From: an archaeon
GTDB lineage: Archaea > Iainarchaeota > Iainarchaeia > Iainarchaeales > Iainarchaeaceae
DNA: 64,000 nucleotides
Direction of reading: 5' to 3'
Assembly: GCA_035289485.1 (NCBI GenBank)
Contig: DATDXA010000029.1
Span: 2,691 to 66,690, forward strand
Part shown: piece after piece, positions 19,701 through 28,288 of the stretch
Layout of the letters: every line of letters starts with the position of its first letter
Position numbering within the stretch: position 1 is the stretch's first letter
Translations under genes and position numbers: made by a program
The notes under the pieces: model-generated
The model's input: the letters and a program-made list of their open reading frames with translations, nothing else
Told to the model about the DNA's origin: nothing
Databases searched by the model: none

Positions 19701-21481
19701 TCTGCGCGGTCGGGCTTGACAGCGAAGGATGCAGATGGAGATACCAGGTGCACGAGCAAGGATTCTCAACAGACGGCAACTGGTCAGACTGGAACAGCTC
19801 GTTCCCAATAGTATTCCCAGAAGAGAGCTATCACACGCTTGAAGTTGCGTGCAGCGACAGATTAGGCAATAGCACTGAGGGAGACATTGAATACTTCGTA
19901 GTGGACAAGACTCCGCCTGTGACGACAAAGCAGTTCAGCGAGGCAGGGCCTTACTTCTCATGCGTTGACTGGTGCGAAGCAGGAAACAAGTATGAGTGGC
20001 AGGTAGAAAATTGTGTGCAGCAATACTGCGCGGAGGATGTAGAAGGGCACTGGGTACCGCAGTGGGGAACATCAGACCTTAACATTTTGCTAAGCGCCTA
20101 CGACCCGCAGCCGCACCCAAGCGGAGTTGACGAGACAAAGTTTAGGATTAGCATGGTTGATGACGAGTTCTGCGGAACCGGAATACAAGAAGAGTACGAA
20201 GAGCCGCAAGTGTACTGTGAAGATGCTATTGGAAATGATTTGAACGGCGGATGGCAGACATACACAGGGGCGCCATTCAATGTGCCGGAGCAATCATGCC
20301 ACATGATAGAATACTACTCGGTTGATAATGTTCAGAAGACGGAGCAGACAAAGAAGGAATGTATTTACATCGACAATACCGGGCCAGAACCTGGCAAGAC
20401 TGTTGGGCAGCCATCAACAGAGTGGCACCCAAATGTCAATTGGACGCCGGGCAACCCGGTTGGCGACCAGCCAAGCGCGTTCTACCCATACATTGATGAC
20501 GGCAACCTGCTAAATGGGGAATGCTGGAGCGGTTCGAACTCAATCGACTGCTGGAAAGTAACGCTCATGACACCAGTGTATATGAGCTGCAACGACCCAG
20601 AGCCGCATCCGGTTGACCACAGTAAGATGTTCTTTATGGTAGGGCTTGATGGCGATGACGCAACCGAGAATTATTGTAATAAGGTAGATTACCAGCATGG
20701 TGTCGAAGCGAACATGACGGAAGATGGCTGGTGTGAAGTGAACAAGGACGACCTCACGTTCTACTTCCAGGAAGAAACAGAGCACAATCTCAAGTTCTAC
20801 TGTGAGGATGCACTAGGCAACGTCGGGCCAATTGATGATGAGAAGTTCAAGGTTGAGGGCGACAAGTTCAAGATTAAGCTAAACAAAAAATGGAACCTAA
20901 TATCGGTGCCATTTGTACTGCAGGATAGCAACATAGTGAAAGTATTCAAAGAAGTTGAGGATGAAATAGATTCAGTATGGACATTCGACGCTTTCACAGG
21001 CCAGTGGTATGTGTATAGGCCTTCGAGCCCGGGAACAAGCAACCTTGATTCAGTGGATTCCGGAATGGGCTACTGGGTACTCGCGCTTGATGAGAATGTG
21101 CTCGCAATCGGAGGAGCGCTATTCAGCCCCATTACAACTCCGCCAAGCAGGAGCCTCAAGGCAGGATGGAACCTTATAGGATATTACGGAACGGATGTGC
21201 TGCACAGCCACCCTGAAGCCGCAAAGTACTATGACGGGCCTGACGGGCACGGAAGGGTTGCTGGATGCTCACTGCTCTCACTTAAGACCAGCCTCACGGA
21301 TTTGGGATGGACTTCGCTTGAAACATATTGGGAACCATATAACCCCAACCAGTGGAAGTTCTTTGAGCCGGATGACAGGATGGATCCCGGTGCAGGGTAC
21401 TGGGTGCTTGCCTCCAAAGACGGCATCTACGCATACACTTCAATTGACGAGGGAGATTGCTCGCTCACAGATCTTGACTGA
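16703..21481 (+). CDS. Giant secreted adhesin-like protein (about 1590 aa) made of about 13 tandem Cys-containing Ig-like modules.
   Basis: Recurrent module signature ...SCHVLEYYSVDKLGNTEQTKYNCFFVDKT(P)P..., present in 9 or more recognisable copies. This is the D-x-x-G-N ... V-D-x-T-P-P hallmark of bacterial-Ig-like/cadherin-like surface domains. The protein is dense in N-glycosylation sequons. The first canonical in-frame start is TTG 16724, but a perfect signal peptide (KIFSIFFSLIIISAAASAAHEA) is encoded from 16703. Confidence 0.75.
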   Translation: MFSIFFSLIIISAAASAAHEANVTLTPNITTCSEEGNTFNVSVENTPGSTDDIIQVEIYKALAGISNFSCGSAPFGWTLFSFIDRCIYVTELAGTEKIAPTETLNFTFDATMNSNACISNFTVVTVDDATPVGDRDTHLKGVSIDCTPPIVQKFVGDPAIPLTCDAKDINAQGGANLACNFWITDDTILSFSAQDNNTVLDVNKHIIQADGNLMCDTGLAYCQWKYDVDGSAPENWENECENNYGGIYENGWCKFSNGNTWQLSGIKFDEDSQHNIEVECFDNAGNSTSIEETDKVDQTDPETIKTLGEPKKVVGNIEWISTSTPITLAPNDPDPSGFSCNIGVDETKWVNILAPGGPILSQDDFCNYPELYCNSNYINTQDESLNWQDYTGSFTKDEESCHVLMYYSTDLIGNTQDINFNCFFVDDTPPAIVKEIGEPSSGDCPPGQEDLCYITSDTNITLHCTDTGPHPSGGEVAWYRYRYTEDGNTWSDWLPTLEDCEGPEYDTNGNWCDWNVQKKVHLPEDSLHQLQWYCEDAVGNKSEIDDEFIRVDNEPPTITKTMLGDANVDYLGDCPPDQNSNDVCYVADNGRGGVNVSVTDLGNPVHAANNVTCNYAMEWATDESTCLLHAGSWTGTTCVIDSGLFVEPDTNILFGEDSTHTLKIWCADSVGNTAYDEEVFLVDSTPPVSTKTFGPEGTFYIEEECEYQDGYEGEYQCEEKVKVEWIDTNTLIDINATDNKVGVDKTYYKVIGPVDDVVCETQCEAWQAYEEQTEDWNVYTGPFNGIGQSCHVLEYYSVDKLGNTEQTKYNCFFVDKTVPLVGKINGDEENIAIADSGEALFTNANNPDGNFHWVTSSTPITITCTDQLPHPSGVREVGFKVAYDQPAWPTDVTTDYCEGEVDESGYCIAQLQNDSFTFYFNEEEESMHSLEYYCIDNVGKESGVHKQYYKVDDTPPQFQKIISGPSYGDCSFAGTATPDSNCYVDTATSIDLNIVDGGAICAVGLDSEGCRWRYQVHEQGFSTDGNWSDWNSSFPIVFPEESYHTLEVACSDRLGNSTEGDIEYFVVDKTPPVTTKQFSEAGPYFSCVDWCEAGNKYEWQVENCVQQYCAEDVEGHWVPQWGTSDLNILLSAYDPQPHPSGVDETKFRISMVDDEFCGTGIQEEYEEPQVYCEDAIGNDLNGGWQTYTGAPFNVPEQSCHMIEYYSVDNVQKTEQTKKECIYIDNTGPEPGKTVGQPSTEWHPNVNWTPGNPVGDQPSAFYPYIDDGNLLNGECWSGSNSIDCWKVTLMTPVYMSCNDPEPHPVDHSKMFFMVGLDGDDATENYCNKVDYQHGVEANMTEDGWCEVNKDDLTFYFQEETEHNLKFYCEDALGNVGPIDDEKFKVEGDKFKIKLNKKWNLISVPFVLQDSNIVKVFKEVEDEIDSVWTFDAFTGQWYVYRPSSPGTSNLDSVDSGMGYWVLALDENVLAIGGALFSPITTPPSRSLKAGWNLIGYYGTDVLHSHPEAAKYYDGPDGHGRVAGCSLLSLKTSLTDLGWTSLETYWEPYNPNQWKFFEPDDRMDPGAGYWVLASKDGIYAYTSIDEGDCSLTDLD

Positions 21482-21534
21482 GTAACAACCTCGTTTTTAA
21501 TTATTTCATTGAGTAACGGTATATAGGGGTTTTA

Positions 21535-22545
21535 ATGCACAAGAATTTTTTACTTGTTTTGGTTTCGCTCGCATTTTTCACAGCTTCAGCTTATGCAATA
21601 CCCGGAATTCCGCACCAATTCTTTGGGAATGTTACAATCAATGGTGCAGCGGCGCCTGATGGAACTGAAGTGCGGGCAACAATTGATTTGTCTGAAGTTT
21701 ATACAACTGTCACGGTTGGTGGCAGATATGGCTACTCACCCAACACTTTTGTTGTGCAAAACCCAGACCCGGTGAATAATGAGGGCAAGACCATACGATT
21801 TTTTGTCAATGGAACAGATACTGGCGTTACTAAGCCATTCTCAACAGGTGCGCTAACTGATCTTAACCTTGCAATTACAGTGGCAACGCCGCCAGCAACA
21901 ACACCGCCTTCAGGCGGAAGCGGCGGAGATAGCGGTGGCTCCGGAGGGGGCGGCGGTGGAGGTGGCGGAGGAGGCTCAGGCGGCAGCTCTTCTAGCGGCA
22001 CTGCATCGGCAGCAGGAGGAGGCGGAGGTGGCGGCGGATCTGGAGACCCGACAAAGAGCAATCTATTGCAGGTTTCAGCATCTGAAACGCAAGTCGGAGA
22101 GGAAATAATCATTAGTGCCCTATGCAAATGGAGTTTTGGGTGCACGGTTAAAGCTGGCGGCAATACGCTAGTCGAACTTGTAATGAGCTCAGGATTCCAA
22201 GGAATCAATTATTCTTTTTCACAGCCAGGAACTTACAAGGTTCAGCTGTTCTGGAACGGAACAAAAGAGACACTTGTTGCGGAGAAAGAAGTTAAGGTAA
22301 CACAAAGGCAGGAGCCTGCACCAGTAGCCGGAAATGAGACCGACTCACAGGGTGCAGCAGTGCCAACTGGAAACGGAGCGCAGCAAACTACCGGATTGGA
22401 TAAGGGCACCACACAAGGAAATGCGCCGCCCACAGGCTTTTTCGGGCTTGGCGGCAATTCACTTGGGATAGGCCTTGGAATACTTGTAATACTTCTAGTG
22501 GCAGGGTTTTTGCTCTCGCAGAAGAAAAAGACAGAAATTCAATAG
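21535..22545 (+). CDS. Secreted protein with a poly-Gly/Ser linker and a C-terminal TM anchor (possible PGF-CTERM-like sorting tail).
   Basis: Signal peptide MHKNFLLVLVSLAFFTASAYA. A GGSGG...GGGGGGGGGG low-complexity linker. C-terminus PPTGFFGLGG...GILVILLVAGFLLSQKKK. Confidence 0.7.
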   Translation: MHKNFLLVLVSLAFFTASAYAIPGIPHQFFGNVTINGAAAPDGTEVRATIDLSEVYTTVTVGGRYGYSPNTFVVQNPDPVNNEGKTIRFFVNGTDTGVTKPFSTGALTDLNLAITVATPPATTPPSGGSGGDSGGSGGGGGGGGGGGSGGSSSSGTASAAGGGGGGGGSGDPTKSNLLQVSASETQVGEEIIISALCKWSFGCTVKAGGNTLVELVMSSGFQGINYSFSQPGTYKVQLFWNGTKETLVAEKEVKVTQRQEPAPVAGNETDSQGAAVPTGNGAQQTTGLDKGTTQGNAPPTGFFGLGGNSLGIGLGILVILLVAGFLLSQKKKTEIQ

Positions 22546-22598
22546 GCAAAAGAGCCCCTGATTTTTTATAAAAAACCTTTGCAGCAATGCCTATTAGC

Positions 22599-23681
22599 AT
22601 GAATAGGGTCATTCTGCACGTTGATTTGGACTATTTCTATGCCCAAACCGAGGAGCTTCGCAAGCCAGAGCTTAGGGGAAAACCTGTAATTGTTTGCATG
22701 TTTTCCGGAAGAACTGAAAGCTCAGGAGCAGTGGCGGCGGCAAATTACAAGGCGCGAGAACTCGGGGTTCATGCGGGAATGCCGATTGCGTTTGCAAAAA
22801 AGAAGGCGCCGAACGGGGTTTTCCTTGCGGCGGACAGGGAGCACTACAATGAGGTGTCCTCTCGCGTCATGGATATCTTGCGCGAATACTCAGATAAGTT
22901 CGAGCAGGTGAGCGTTGATGAGGCATTTGTTGATGCAACGGAGAGGTGCAGGGGAAGCTACATAGAAGGGTCAAAGCTTGCGGGCGAAATAAAGAAAAGG
23001 GTGCTTGAGGAAGAGAAACTCACTTGCTCTATTGGAGTTGGCCCGAATAAATTGATTGCAAAAATGGCTTCAGGGGTGAAAAAGCCGGACGGGATGACTT
23101 TAGTTACGCCGGGGGAAGTGAAGGCATTTTTGCGCTCTAAAAGAATTTCGGATTTGCACGGGATTGGAGATAAAACAGTGGAAGCGCTTGCGCAGAAGGG
23201 AATCAAAACCATTTCAGAACTCGCTTCTGCGGATATTGCGCAGCTACAGGAGATGTTTGGGGAAAACAGGGGACCATCGCTCAGGGAAAAGGCACTAGGA
23301 ATTGATGAGAGCCCGGTTGAAGAGCGCGAAAAGCAGCAGTACTCGCGGATTGTGACACTAAAAGAGGACACATCCGAACCCAAAAAACTCATTTCAGAAT
23401 CTGAAAAGCTCGCAGACGAGCTTGCCGCGAAATCGATTGAAAAAAAAGTGATGTTCAAAACGATTTCAATCCTTTTGATTTCAGATAAGCTTGAGAGCGT
23501 TGCACGGAGCAGGACAATTGAGGTTCCAACACAGAGCAAATCGGAAATAATTAAGGTGGCATCCGAACTGTTCAAGGAATTTTTTGAGCAGAACCTGAAA
23601 TTCGTGGCGCGCAGGTTTGGTTTGCGCATCAGCAACTTCTCAGAGCCAAAAAAGCAGAAGAGCATTTTGGAGTTTTCCTAA
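22599..23681 (+). CDS. dinB: DNA polymerase IV (Y-family, DinB/Dpo4).
   Basis: MNRVILHVDLDYFYAQTEELRKPELRGKPVIVC, SVDEAFVD, and a little-finger domain. TATA TTTATAAA at 22566-22573 sits about 26 bp upstream of ATG 22599, so the transcript is leaderless. Confidence 0.92.
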   Translation: MNRVILHVDLDYFYAQTEELRKPELRGKPVIVCMFSGRTESSGAVAAANYKARELGVHAGMPIAFAKKKAPNGVFLAADREHYNEVSSRVMDILREYSDKFEQVSVDEAFVDATERCRGSYIEGSKLAGEIKKRVLEEEKLTCSIGVGPNKLIAKMASGVKKPDGMTLVTPGEVKAFLRSKRISDLHGIGDKTVEALAQKGIKTISELASADIAQLQEMFGENRGPSLREKALGIDESPVEEREKQQYSRIVTLKEDTSEPKKLISESEKLADELAAKSIEKKVMFKTISILLISDKLESVARSRTIEVPTQSKSEIIKVASELFKEFFEQNLKFVARRFGLRISNFSEPKKQKSILEFS

Positions 23682-23699
23682 AAAATGCCGCGTGGAAAT

Positions 23700-24086
23700 T
23701 CAGTCTACTATGCGGAAAGGTATTTCCTTTGCATAGCTGCGCTCCACATGGTCAAAGTCATTGAAGTGCTCCATGACCTTTATTTTTCCCATGTGGTTTC
23801 CTGTGCGTGCGTAGCTTGAGATGTATACCGGAAGCTTGAACTGCGCCCTGCTGCTTGCACGAAAGCTCTCAACCTGCTTTAAGTAATTCCTTGAAAGGCC
23901 CACGGTGCTGAAATTCGCAACGCCTGGGAGGTCTATTTGAATTGAAATCATCTTATCCTTCGGGTCCTCGTTCTGAAGATCCACTATTAATTCCCACGAG
24001 TCCTTCTTTTTCAGGCTCGCGCGCAGCGGGAATATTTCTGTTTTAACGACCATGCCCATTATGTTCACCCTCCAAATAAAAATCAA
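23700..24086 (-). CDS. Hypothetical protein.
   Basis: 128-aa ORF that is translationally coupled to the upstream Zn-ribbon gene by an ATGA overlap. No recognisable motif. Confidence 0.5.
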   Translation of the reverse strand: MIFIWRVNIMGMVVKTEIFPLRASLKKKDSWELIVDLQNEDPKDKMISIQIDLPGVANFSTVGLSRNYLKQVESFRASSRAQFKLPVYISSYARTGNHMGKIKVMEHFNDFDHVERSYAKEIPFRIVD

Positions 24087-24391
24087 ATTATCTCGAAATC
24101 ATCGGTTTTAGTACCCTTGAGAGATTTCAATTTCGCCTTTAGCTGGGCGTTTGTAGTGCCAGTGTTTATTTCCCTCGGCGCCGCGGGAGTGATGCCGGAT
24201 TTGAGGGATTTTTTGAAGGAGTTGATTTCATCCATGCTCCCTTCCTTAAAAGCGCCCCTGTACTTGCAGCGCGTGCACTCTTCCATTCCGCTAACAAGCC
24301 TTTTCATGTCAAGCGAGGCGCAGGAAGGGCAGTATTTGTGCATCATATAAGGTAGAAAAGTTGCGAAAACGATAAAAAGGAGGGCCTTCAA
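24083..24391 (-). CDS. Small zinc-ribbon protein.
   Basis: CPSC...CTRC four-Cys ribbon followed by a Lys-rich tail. The true start may be the internal Met (MMHKYCPSC). Confidence 0.5.
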   Translation of the reverse strand: MKALLFIVFATFLPYMMHKYCPSCASLDMKRLVSGMEECTRCKYRGAFKEGSMDEINSFKKSLKSGITPAAPREINTGTTNAQLKAKLKSLKGTKTDDFEII

Positions 24392-24451
24392 TTCCGGCTT
24401 AAAAGCCCCTAAAAATCAGCTTTATATTCTCAAAAGCAGTTTCTCATAAAC

Positions 24452-25948
24452 ATGGTAGAAGTACTGCCTCTCACAACTATAGGCATCATCATTGTAATCG
24501 CCATATTCGTGAGCATTCTTGTAAAAAAGTTCGGCCAGAACCCGGTGCTAGGTTACATTGTGGCGGGATTTCTTTTAGGGCCATTCCTTCTGAATTTTCT
24601 GCACCCAGGCGACCCGCTCATTTTGGGTTTTGGGGAAATGGGGCTTTTTATTCTCCTATTCTATCTCGGGCTTGAATCATCGCTAAAGGATTTTCTTGCA
24701 GCAGGCACAACCGCGTTTTTCCTTGGAATTTTAGACATTGTAGGCTCAATAGCAATTGGCTTTGCAATATCGCAGGTGTTTGGCTTCTCATTCCTTTTTT
24801 CATTCCTTGTGGGAGTCATGCTCTTTTGCACAAGCACGGCAATAGTTGCGAAGTTTGCATTTGACAATAAAATAATCAAGGACCCCTCAACTCACATCGC
24901 AATTTCAATCCTGATATTTCAGGACCTTGTCGCAATCACGATGCTTGTATTCATCACAAGCTTCTCAAAAGGCGGGCAGGGTTTGGAGCTCCCCATTAGC
25001 GCCGTGATGTTTGCAACCGCGGCGTTCTTTGTGGTTTACCAGCTAAGCCAGTGGGTTGAGGACTGGCTTACAAAAAATGGCTTTGGGCACACTGAGATGA
25101 CCCTGTTCGCGCTTGGAATCGGGCTAATTGTTGCAACGCTTGCAAACCTTTTGCTTATTTCAACCGCTCTGGGAGCGCACTTTGCCGGGTTCGCGCTTGC
25201 GGAAACAAAGGCTGGAAACAAGATAAAGAAAGACATTAATTTTTTGAGGGACTTTTTCTTGGTTTTCTTTTTTGTAAGCTTTGGCACAACGATTTTTTTC
25301 AGCCACGAAGCCGGCACGGTTGTAATACCTGACATTGTAACCCTTGCATACATGCTAGGGTTTGCCGCGCTTCTTGTGTTTGCCGGGACGATTGTTCATG
25401 GAATTGTGTTCACGCTCTTTGGCCCGCTCTTTGGGCTCAAGCGCGGGGATGATACAAGTAGGCCAGCAATATTCATGGGGCCGCTTGGAGAATTCGTGGT
25501 CATCATAGCAACATCTGCAGTTGTTTTGCTAAAAGGCACCGAGGCATTCCTTTTGCCGACAGTAGCGTTTCTCATAATCGCTGTGAGCGTGATTATTTTC
25601 CAGCCGATGTATCACGGGTTAAGTTTGCACAAGCGTATTTTCGGGGTTATTCCAAGAGTTTTCCAAGACAGGAAAGAGACGCAGATTGTAAAGCACAACA
25701 GCGAAACAATGGATTACATGAAAAAAATCGCAGTGAACCTCTTTTTGGTTCTTGCAATGGCATGGGTTGCGGTGCTGCTATACAATGAGCTTCCGCACAT
25801 AGGAGTGCCAATAATCTACAGCAGGGAAAGCACTACTGTTTTGATTTTTCTGATATTTGCGGCGCTTCCGCTTTTGCGCACGTTCAGGGCGGCAAGGCAC
25901 ATCATAAAGAAGTTTCACTGGAGAGGGGCGGCGAGGCAGGCGGCGTGA
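24452..25948 (+). CDS. Monovalent cation:proton antiporter (CPA2 / Kef-type Na_H exchanger family).
   Basis: About 13 TM helices. The N-terminal region (GQNPVLGYIVAGFLLGPFLLNF ... LFYLGLESS) is typical of Na+/H+ exchanger-family transporters. Confidence 0.8.
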   Translation: MVEVLPLTTIGIIIVIAIFVSILVKKFGQNPVLGYIVAGFLLGPFLLNFLHPGDPLILGFGEMGLFILLFYLGLESSLKDFLAAGTTAFFLGILDIVGSIAIGFAISQVFGFSFLFSFLVGVMLFCTSTAIVAKFAFDNKIIKDPSTHIAISILIFQDLVAITMLVFITSFSKGGQGLELPISAVMFATAAFFVVYQLSQWVEDWLTKNGFGHTEMTLFALGIGLIVATLANLLLISTALGAHFAGFALAETKAGNKIKKDINFLRDFFLVFFFVSFGTTIFFSHEAGTVVIPDIVTLAYMLGFAALLVFAGTIVHGIVFTLFGPLFGLKRGDDTSRPAIFMGPLGEFVVIIATSAVVLLKGTEAFLLPTVAFLIIAVSVIIFQPMYHGLSLHKRIFGVIPRVFQDRKETQIVKHNSETMDYMKKIAVNLFLVLAMAWVAVLLYNELPHIGVPIIYSRESTTVLIFLIFAALPLLRTFRAARHIIKKFHWRGAARQAA

Positions 25949-26007
25949 AGGCTTTAAGAAAAAGTATTTGAACAGATAAAAGGAGGCATGACGCAGGAGA
26001 ATATTGG

Positions 26008-26526
26008 ATGATGCGCATGGATAAACTTGAAATAAAAAATCTGGCGTACTGCAAGAAGCACGTCCCGGCAATATCAAAATGGATGTGGGAAGAATGGGAC
26101 AAAAAGAACGGAATTCCGCTTAAGGCAATAGAATACCGCACACGCCACTGCCTCGGAAAAAAGTCCATCCCGATGACATTTGTGGGGATTGTAAATGAAA
26201 GGCCTGTTGCAACAGTATCATTGTGGCGAAATGATGTGAACTCAAGGCAGGATCTCTTTCCCTGGCTCGCGGCCCTTTTTGTCGCCCCTGAGATGAGAAA
26301 GCTTGGGTTAGGAAGGGAAATGCAGGAATTTGCACTTGCAAAAGCAGGTGAACTCGGGTTTGGAAAAATTTACCTCATGACTTCGTACAAAAACTATTAC
26401 GAAAAAAACGGATGGAAATTTATAGACATGGCGCCGCTCGAAAGCCGGAAAAAAACCCGCATTTATTCCCATAAACTCTCGAGTAGCCCCAAAAATAACG
26501 ATGTCTATAACCCAAAAAATAAGTAG
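26008..26526 (+). CDS. GNAT family N-acetyltransferase.
   Basis: Acetyl-CoA binding block VAPEMRKLGLGREMQEFALAKAGELGFGKIYL. Confidence 0.75.
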   Translation: MMRMDKLEIKNLAYCKKHVPAISKWMWEEWDKKNGIPLKAIEYRTRHCLGKKSIPMTFVGIVNERPVATVSLWRNDVNSRQDLFPWLAALFVAPEMRKLGLGREMQEFALAKAGELGFGKIYLMTSYKNYYEKNGWKFIDMAPLESRKKTRIYSHKLSSSPKNNDVYNPKNK

Positions 26527-26684
26527 CCCCGCCCGGATTCGAACCGGGGTATCGGGCTCGCTTCAAAAAACCCATATAATATGAGATTTTTCCCAGAGGC
26601 CCGCATCCTGTCCAGTCGGGGACCAATCGTTCAAACAACGTGATTTACTAAACTGCGTTCCCTTGGCCACTAGACGACGGGGCT
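26524..26684 (-). tRNA. tRNA-Gln(CUG), archaeal type (A1:U72), 161 nt, apparently interrupted by two introns.
   Basis: 5' AGCCCCG pairs with 3' CGGGGCU plus discriminator A. T-arm CCCGG-UUCGAAU-CCGGG. D-loop UAGUGGCCAAGG. Anticodon stem CGGGC with loop CUCUGG and GCCCG 40 nt downstream. There are about 50 nt inserted between the D-arm and anticodon stem and about 33 nt after loop position 37. The leader and trailer extend the acceptor helix to 10 bp. Confidence 0.7.
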
Positions 26685-26853
26685 ACTGAAACTTTATTCT
26701 GCATGGCTGCCAACCTAGTGGACTTGGCAGGATGCCTGAAACTAATACATTCGGGAAACCTTAAAATAGCTTGCCCCGCGGGTTCTTGCCGCCTAGAATA
26801 AGCCGCGTTGGCTTTTGGCAAAAAGGTAATTTTATATATTTTCAGGGCGCAAT

Positions 26854-27018
26854 ATGTTTGAAGTGATTTTTGTGTACCAGAAAACCGTGCAAGAGGAATC
26901 GGGTTATTCAAAAGCTCAACTAGCTAAAATTAAGCGGGTTTTGAAAAAGATTGAAAGGGCCCAAAAGAATCCCAACATAATAAGGGCAGCAAGGCAGTTT
27001 GTGAAAGATACTACCTGA
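26854..27018 (+). CDS. Small basic hypothetical protein (54 aa).
   Basis: TATA TTTTATATATTTT about 20 bp upstream of the ATG suggests a leaderless start. The ORF encodes MFEVIFVYQKTVQEESGYSKAQLAKIKRVLKKIERAQKNPNIIRAARQFVKDTT. It converges on and overlaps the 3' end of the PIN gene. It is below the 60-aa cutoff of the ORF track. Confidence 0.35.
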   Translation: MFEVIFVYQKTVQEESGYSKAQLAKIKRVLKKIERAQKNPNIIRAARQFVKDTT

Positions 27019-27499
27019 GAAGTTGGCGCAGCTCTTCAAGTTTTATGAATTTCGGGGTTCGCAATTCAAATTTCTTATTTACTATCCGGTAAGCTTGGAT
27101 AGCGTCTTGGGAAATCATTGTTTTTTCGTCATTGCTGACCGCAATGTCAACACCATGCAGGGATGCTGAGGCGATTATTAGGAAATCGTGCTCAAGCTCG
27201 CTCCAAGAATAAAGCCCAATATAATTATTGTTGTATTCCATGCTAATTGCGCGTATAATTTCGTTTAGATTATAGTTCCTTTTGTCATCAACCAGCGTGT
27301 CGTATAATTCGAGGCAAAGTTTTCGAAAGCCCGCATTTCCTTTCCTGACTTTTTTTGGAATATCACGCAATTCTTGCCGGATAATGGCTGAACCACATAC
27401 AATTACGCCGTGCCTTTTCACTCCATCAAAGAGCCAGGCAGTATCAGCTTTCTCTACGAGCTGTCCATAAACATTTGTATCAAGCAAAATCCTTCGCAT
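27011..27499 (-). CDS. PIN-domain protein (VapC-like ribonuclease fold).
   Basis: MRRILLDTNVYGQLV (first acidic D), with a further Asp in AVSND. No cognate antitoxin gene is seen on the same strand. Confidence 0.65.
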   Translation of the reverse strand: MRRILLDTNVYGQLVEKADTAWLFDGVKRHGVIVCGSAIIRQELRDIPKKVRKGNAGFRKLCLELYDTLVDDKRNYNLNEIIRAISMEYNNNYIGLYSWSELEHDFLIIASASLHGVDIAVSNDEKTMISQDAIQAYRIVNKKFELRTPKFIKLEELRQLLR

Positions 27500-27620
27500 G
27501 CAAAAAAATATGGATTTTTTGTTTAAAAAGAAACGGAGGGTTAGGTGCCGGTGTCAAGTATGGCAAAGCCATACAACCCCGCGCTACAAAAATTTATTAA
27601 CAAAAAAGCCCTCTGTATTG

Positions 27621-27896
27621 ATGCATATTATGACTGAAAAGAATGCAAAGCCAAGGCAAGCAAAAAAGATGCTTGCGGGAAGGGTGCAGCCCGGCAAAAA
27701 CAGGGCAATTGAGCAGGTCATTGCGGACATGGAGGTTCGGCTAGATGAACTCGAATCAATAAGGGAAGGCATCAGAAAGGATGGCTCACGCAGCATCTCG
27801 CCTCAGAAATCCGTACAAATGCTTGAGGAAATAATAATACCAAATATCGAGCTCATACATTATGATAAGAAAGTTGCAGCGGCCAAATCGCACTGA
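27621..27896 (+). CDS. Small hypothetical protein (about 91 aa), basic N-terminus then a helical region.
   Basis: The ORF begins at MHIMTEK. The listed upstream extension overlaps the PIN gene start and is implausible. Confidence 0.4.
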   Translation: MHIMTEKNAKPRQAKKMLAGRVQPGKNRAIEQVIADMEVRLDELESIREGIRKDGSRSISPQKSVQMLEEIIIPNIELIHYDKKVAAAKSH

Positions 27897-27901
27897 TTCT
27901 G

Positions 27902-28255
27902 ATGTTGAAGAACATTTCAAGCGGCAAAACAATAATTGGCAAGGTCAGGCTTGCTTCTGATTCATTTTCTCGCTTCAGGGGTCTGATGCTTGAGAATAAG
28001 GAGAATTTTGATTATGCGCTCGTGTTTGTGCTCGCGGGTGAAACCAAAATTGGAGCGAGCGTGCACATGATGTTTGTTGCGTTCCCGATTGACATAGCGT
28101 ATCTTGATTCGCAGAAAAAGGTTGTGGACACGGCAACGCTGCAGCCGTGGATTTTGAACTACACGCCCAAAGCGGCGGCGAAGTATTTTGTGGAGCTCCC
28201 TATTGGGGCGGCTAAAGGAATTTCTATTGGTAACAGGCTTGAGTGGGACAAATAG
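27902..28255 (+). CDS. DUF192 family protein (COG1430).
   Basis: SRFRGLMLEN...YALVFV...HMMFVAFPIDIAYLD...L.PW...YFVELPIGAAKGISIGNRLEW matches the conserved DUF192 layout. Confidence 0.7.
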   Translation: MLKNISSGKTIIGKVRLASDSFSRFRGLMLENKENFDYALVFVLAGETKIGASVHMMFVAFPIDIAYLDSQKKVVDTATLQPWILNYTPKAAAKYFVELPIGAAKGISIGNRLEWDK

Positions 28256-28288
28256 CGTGTTTAATTTGTTTATAGAGCCAAGGGCCAA

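Noticed and set aside
21732-22208. 158-aa minus-strand Pro-rich ORF (PPPPPPPPPP...).
   Set aside because: It is the antisense reading of the GGN-rich poly-Gly linker coding region of the 21535-22545 gene.
26648-26911. 87-aa minus-strand ORF.
   Set aside because: It overlaps the tRNA-Gln gene and its leader. No coding features support it.
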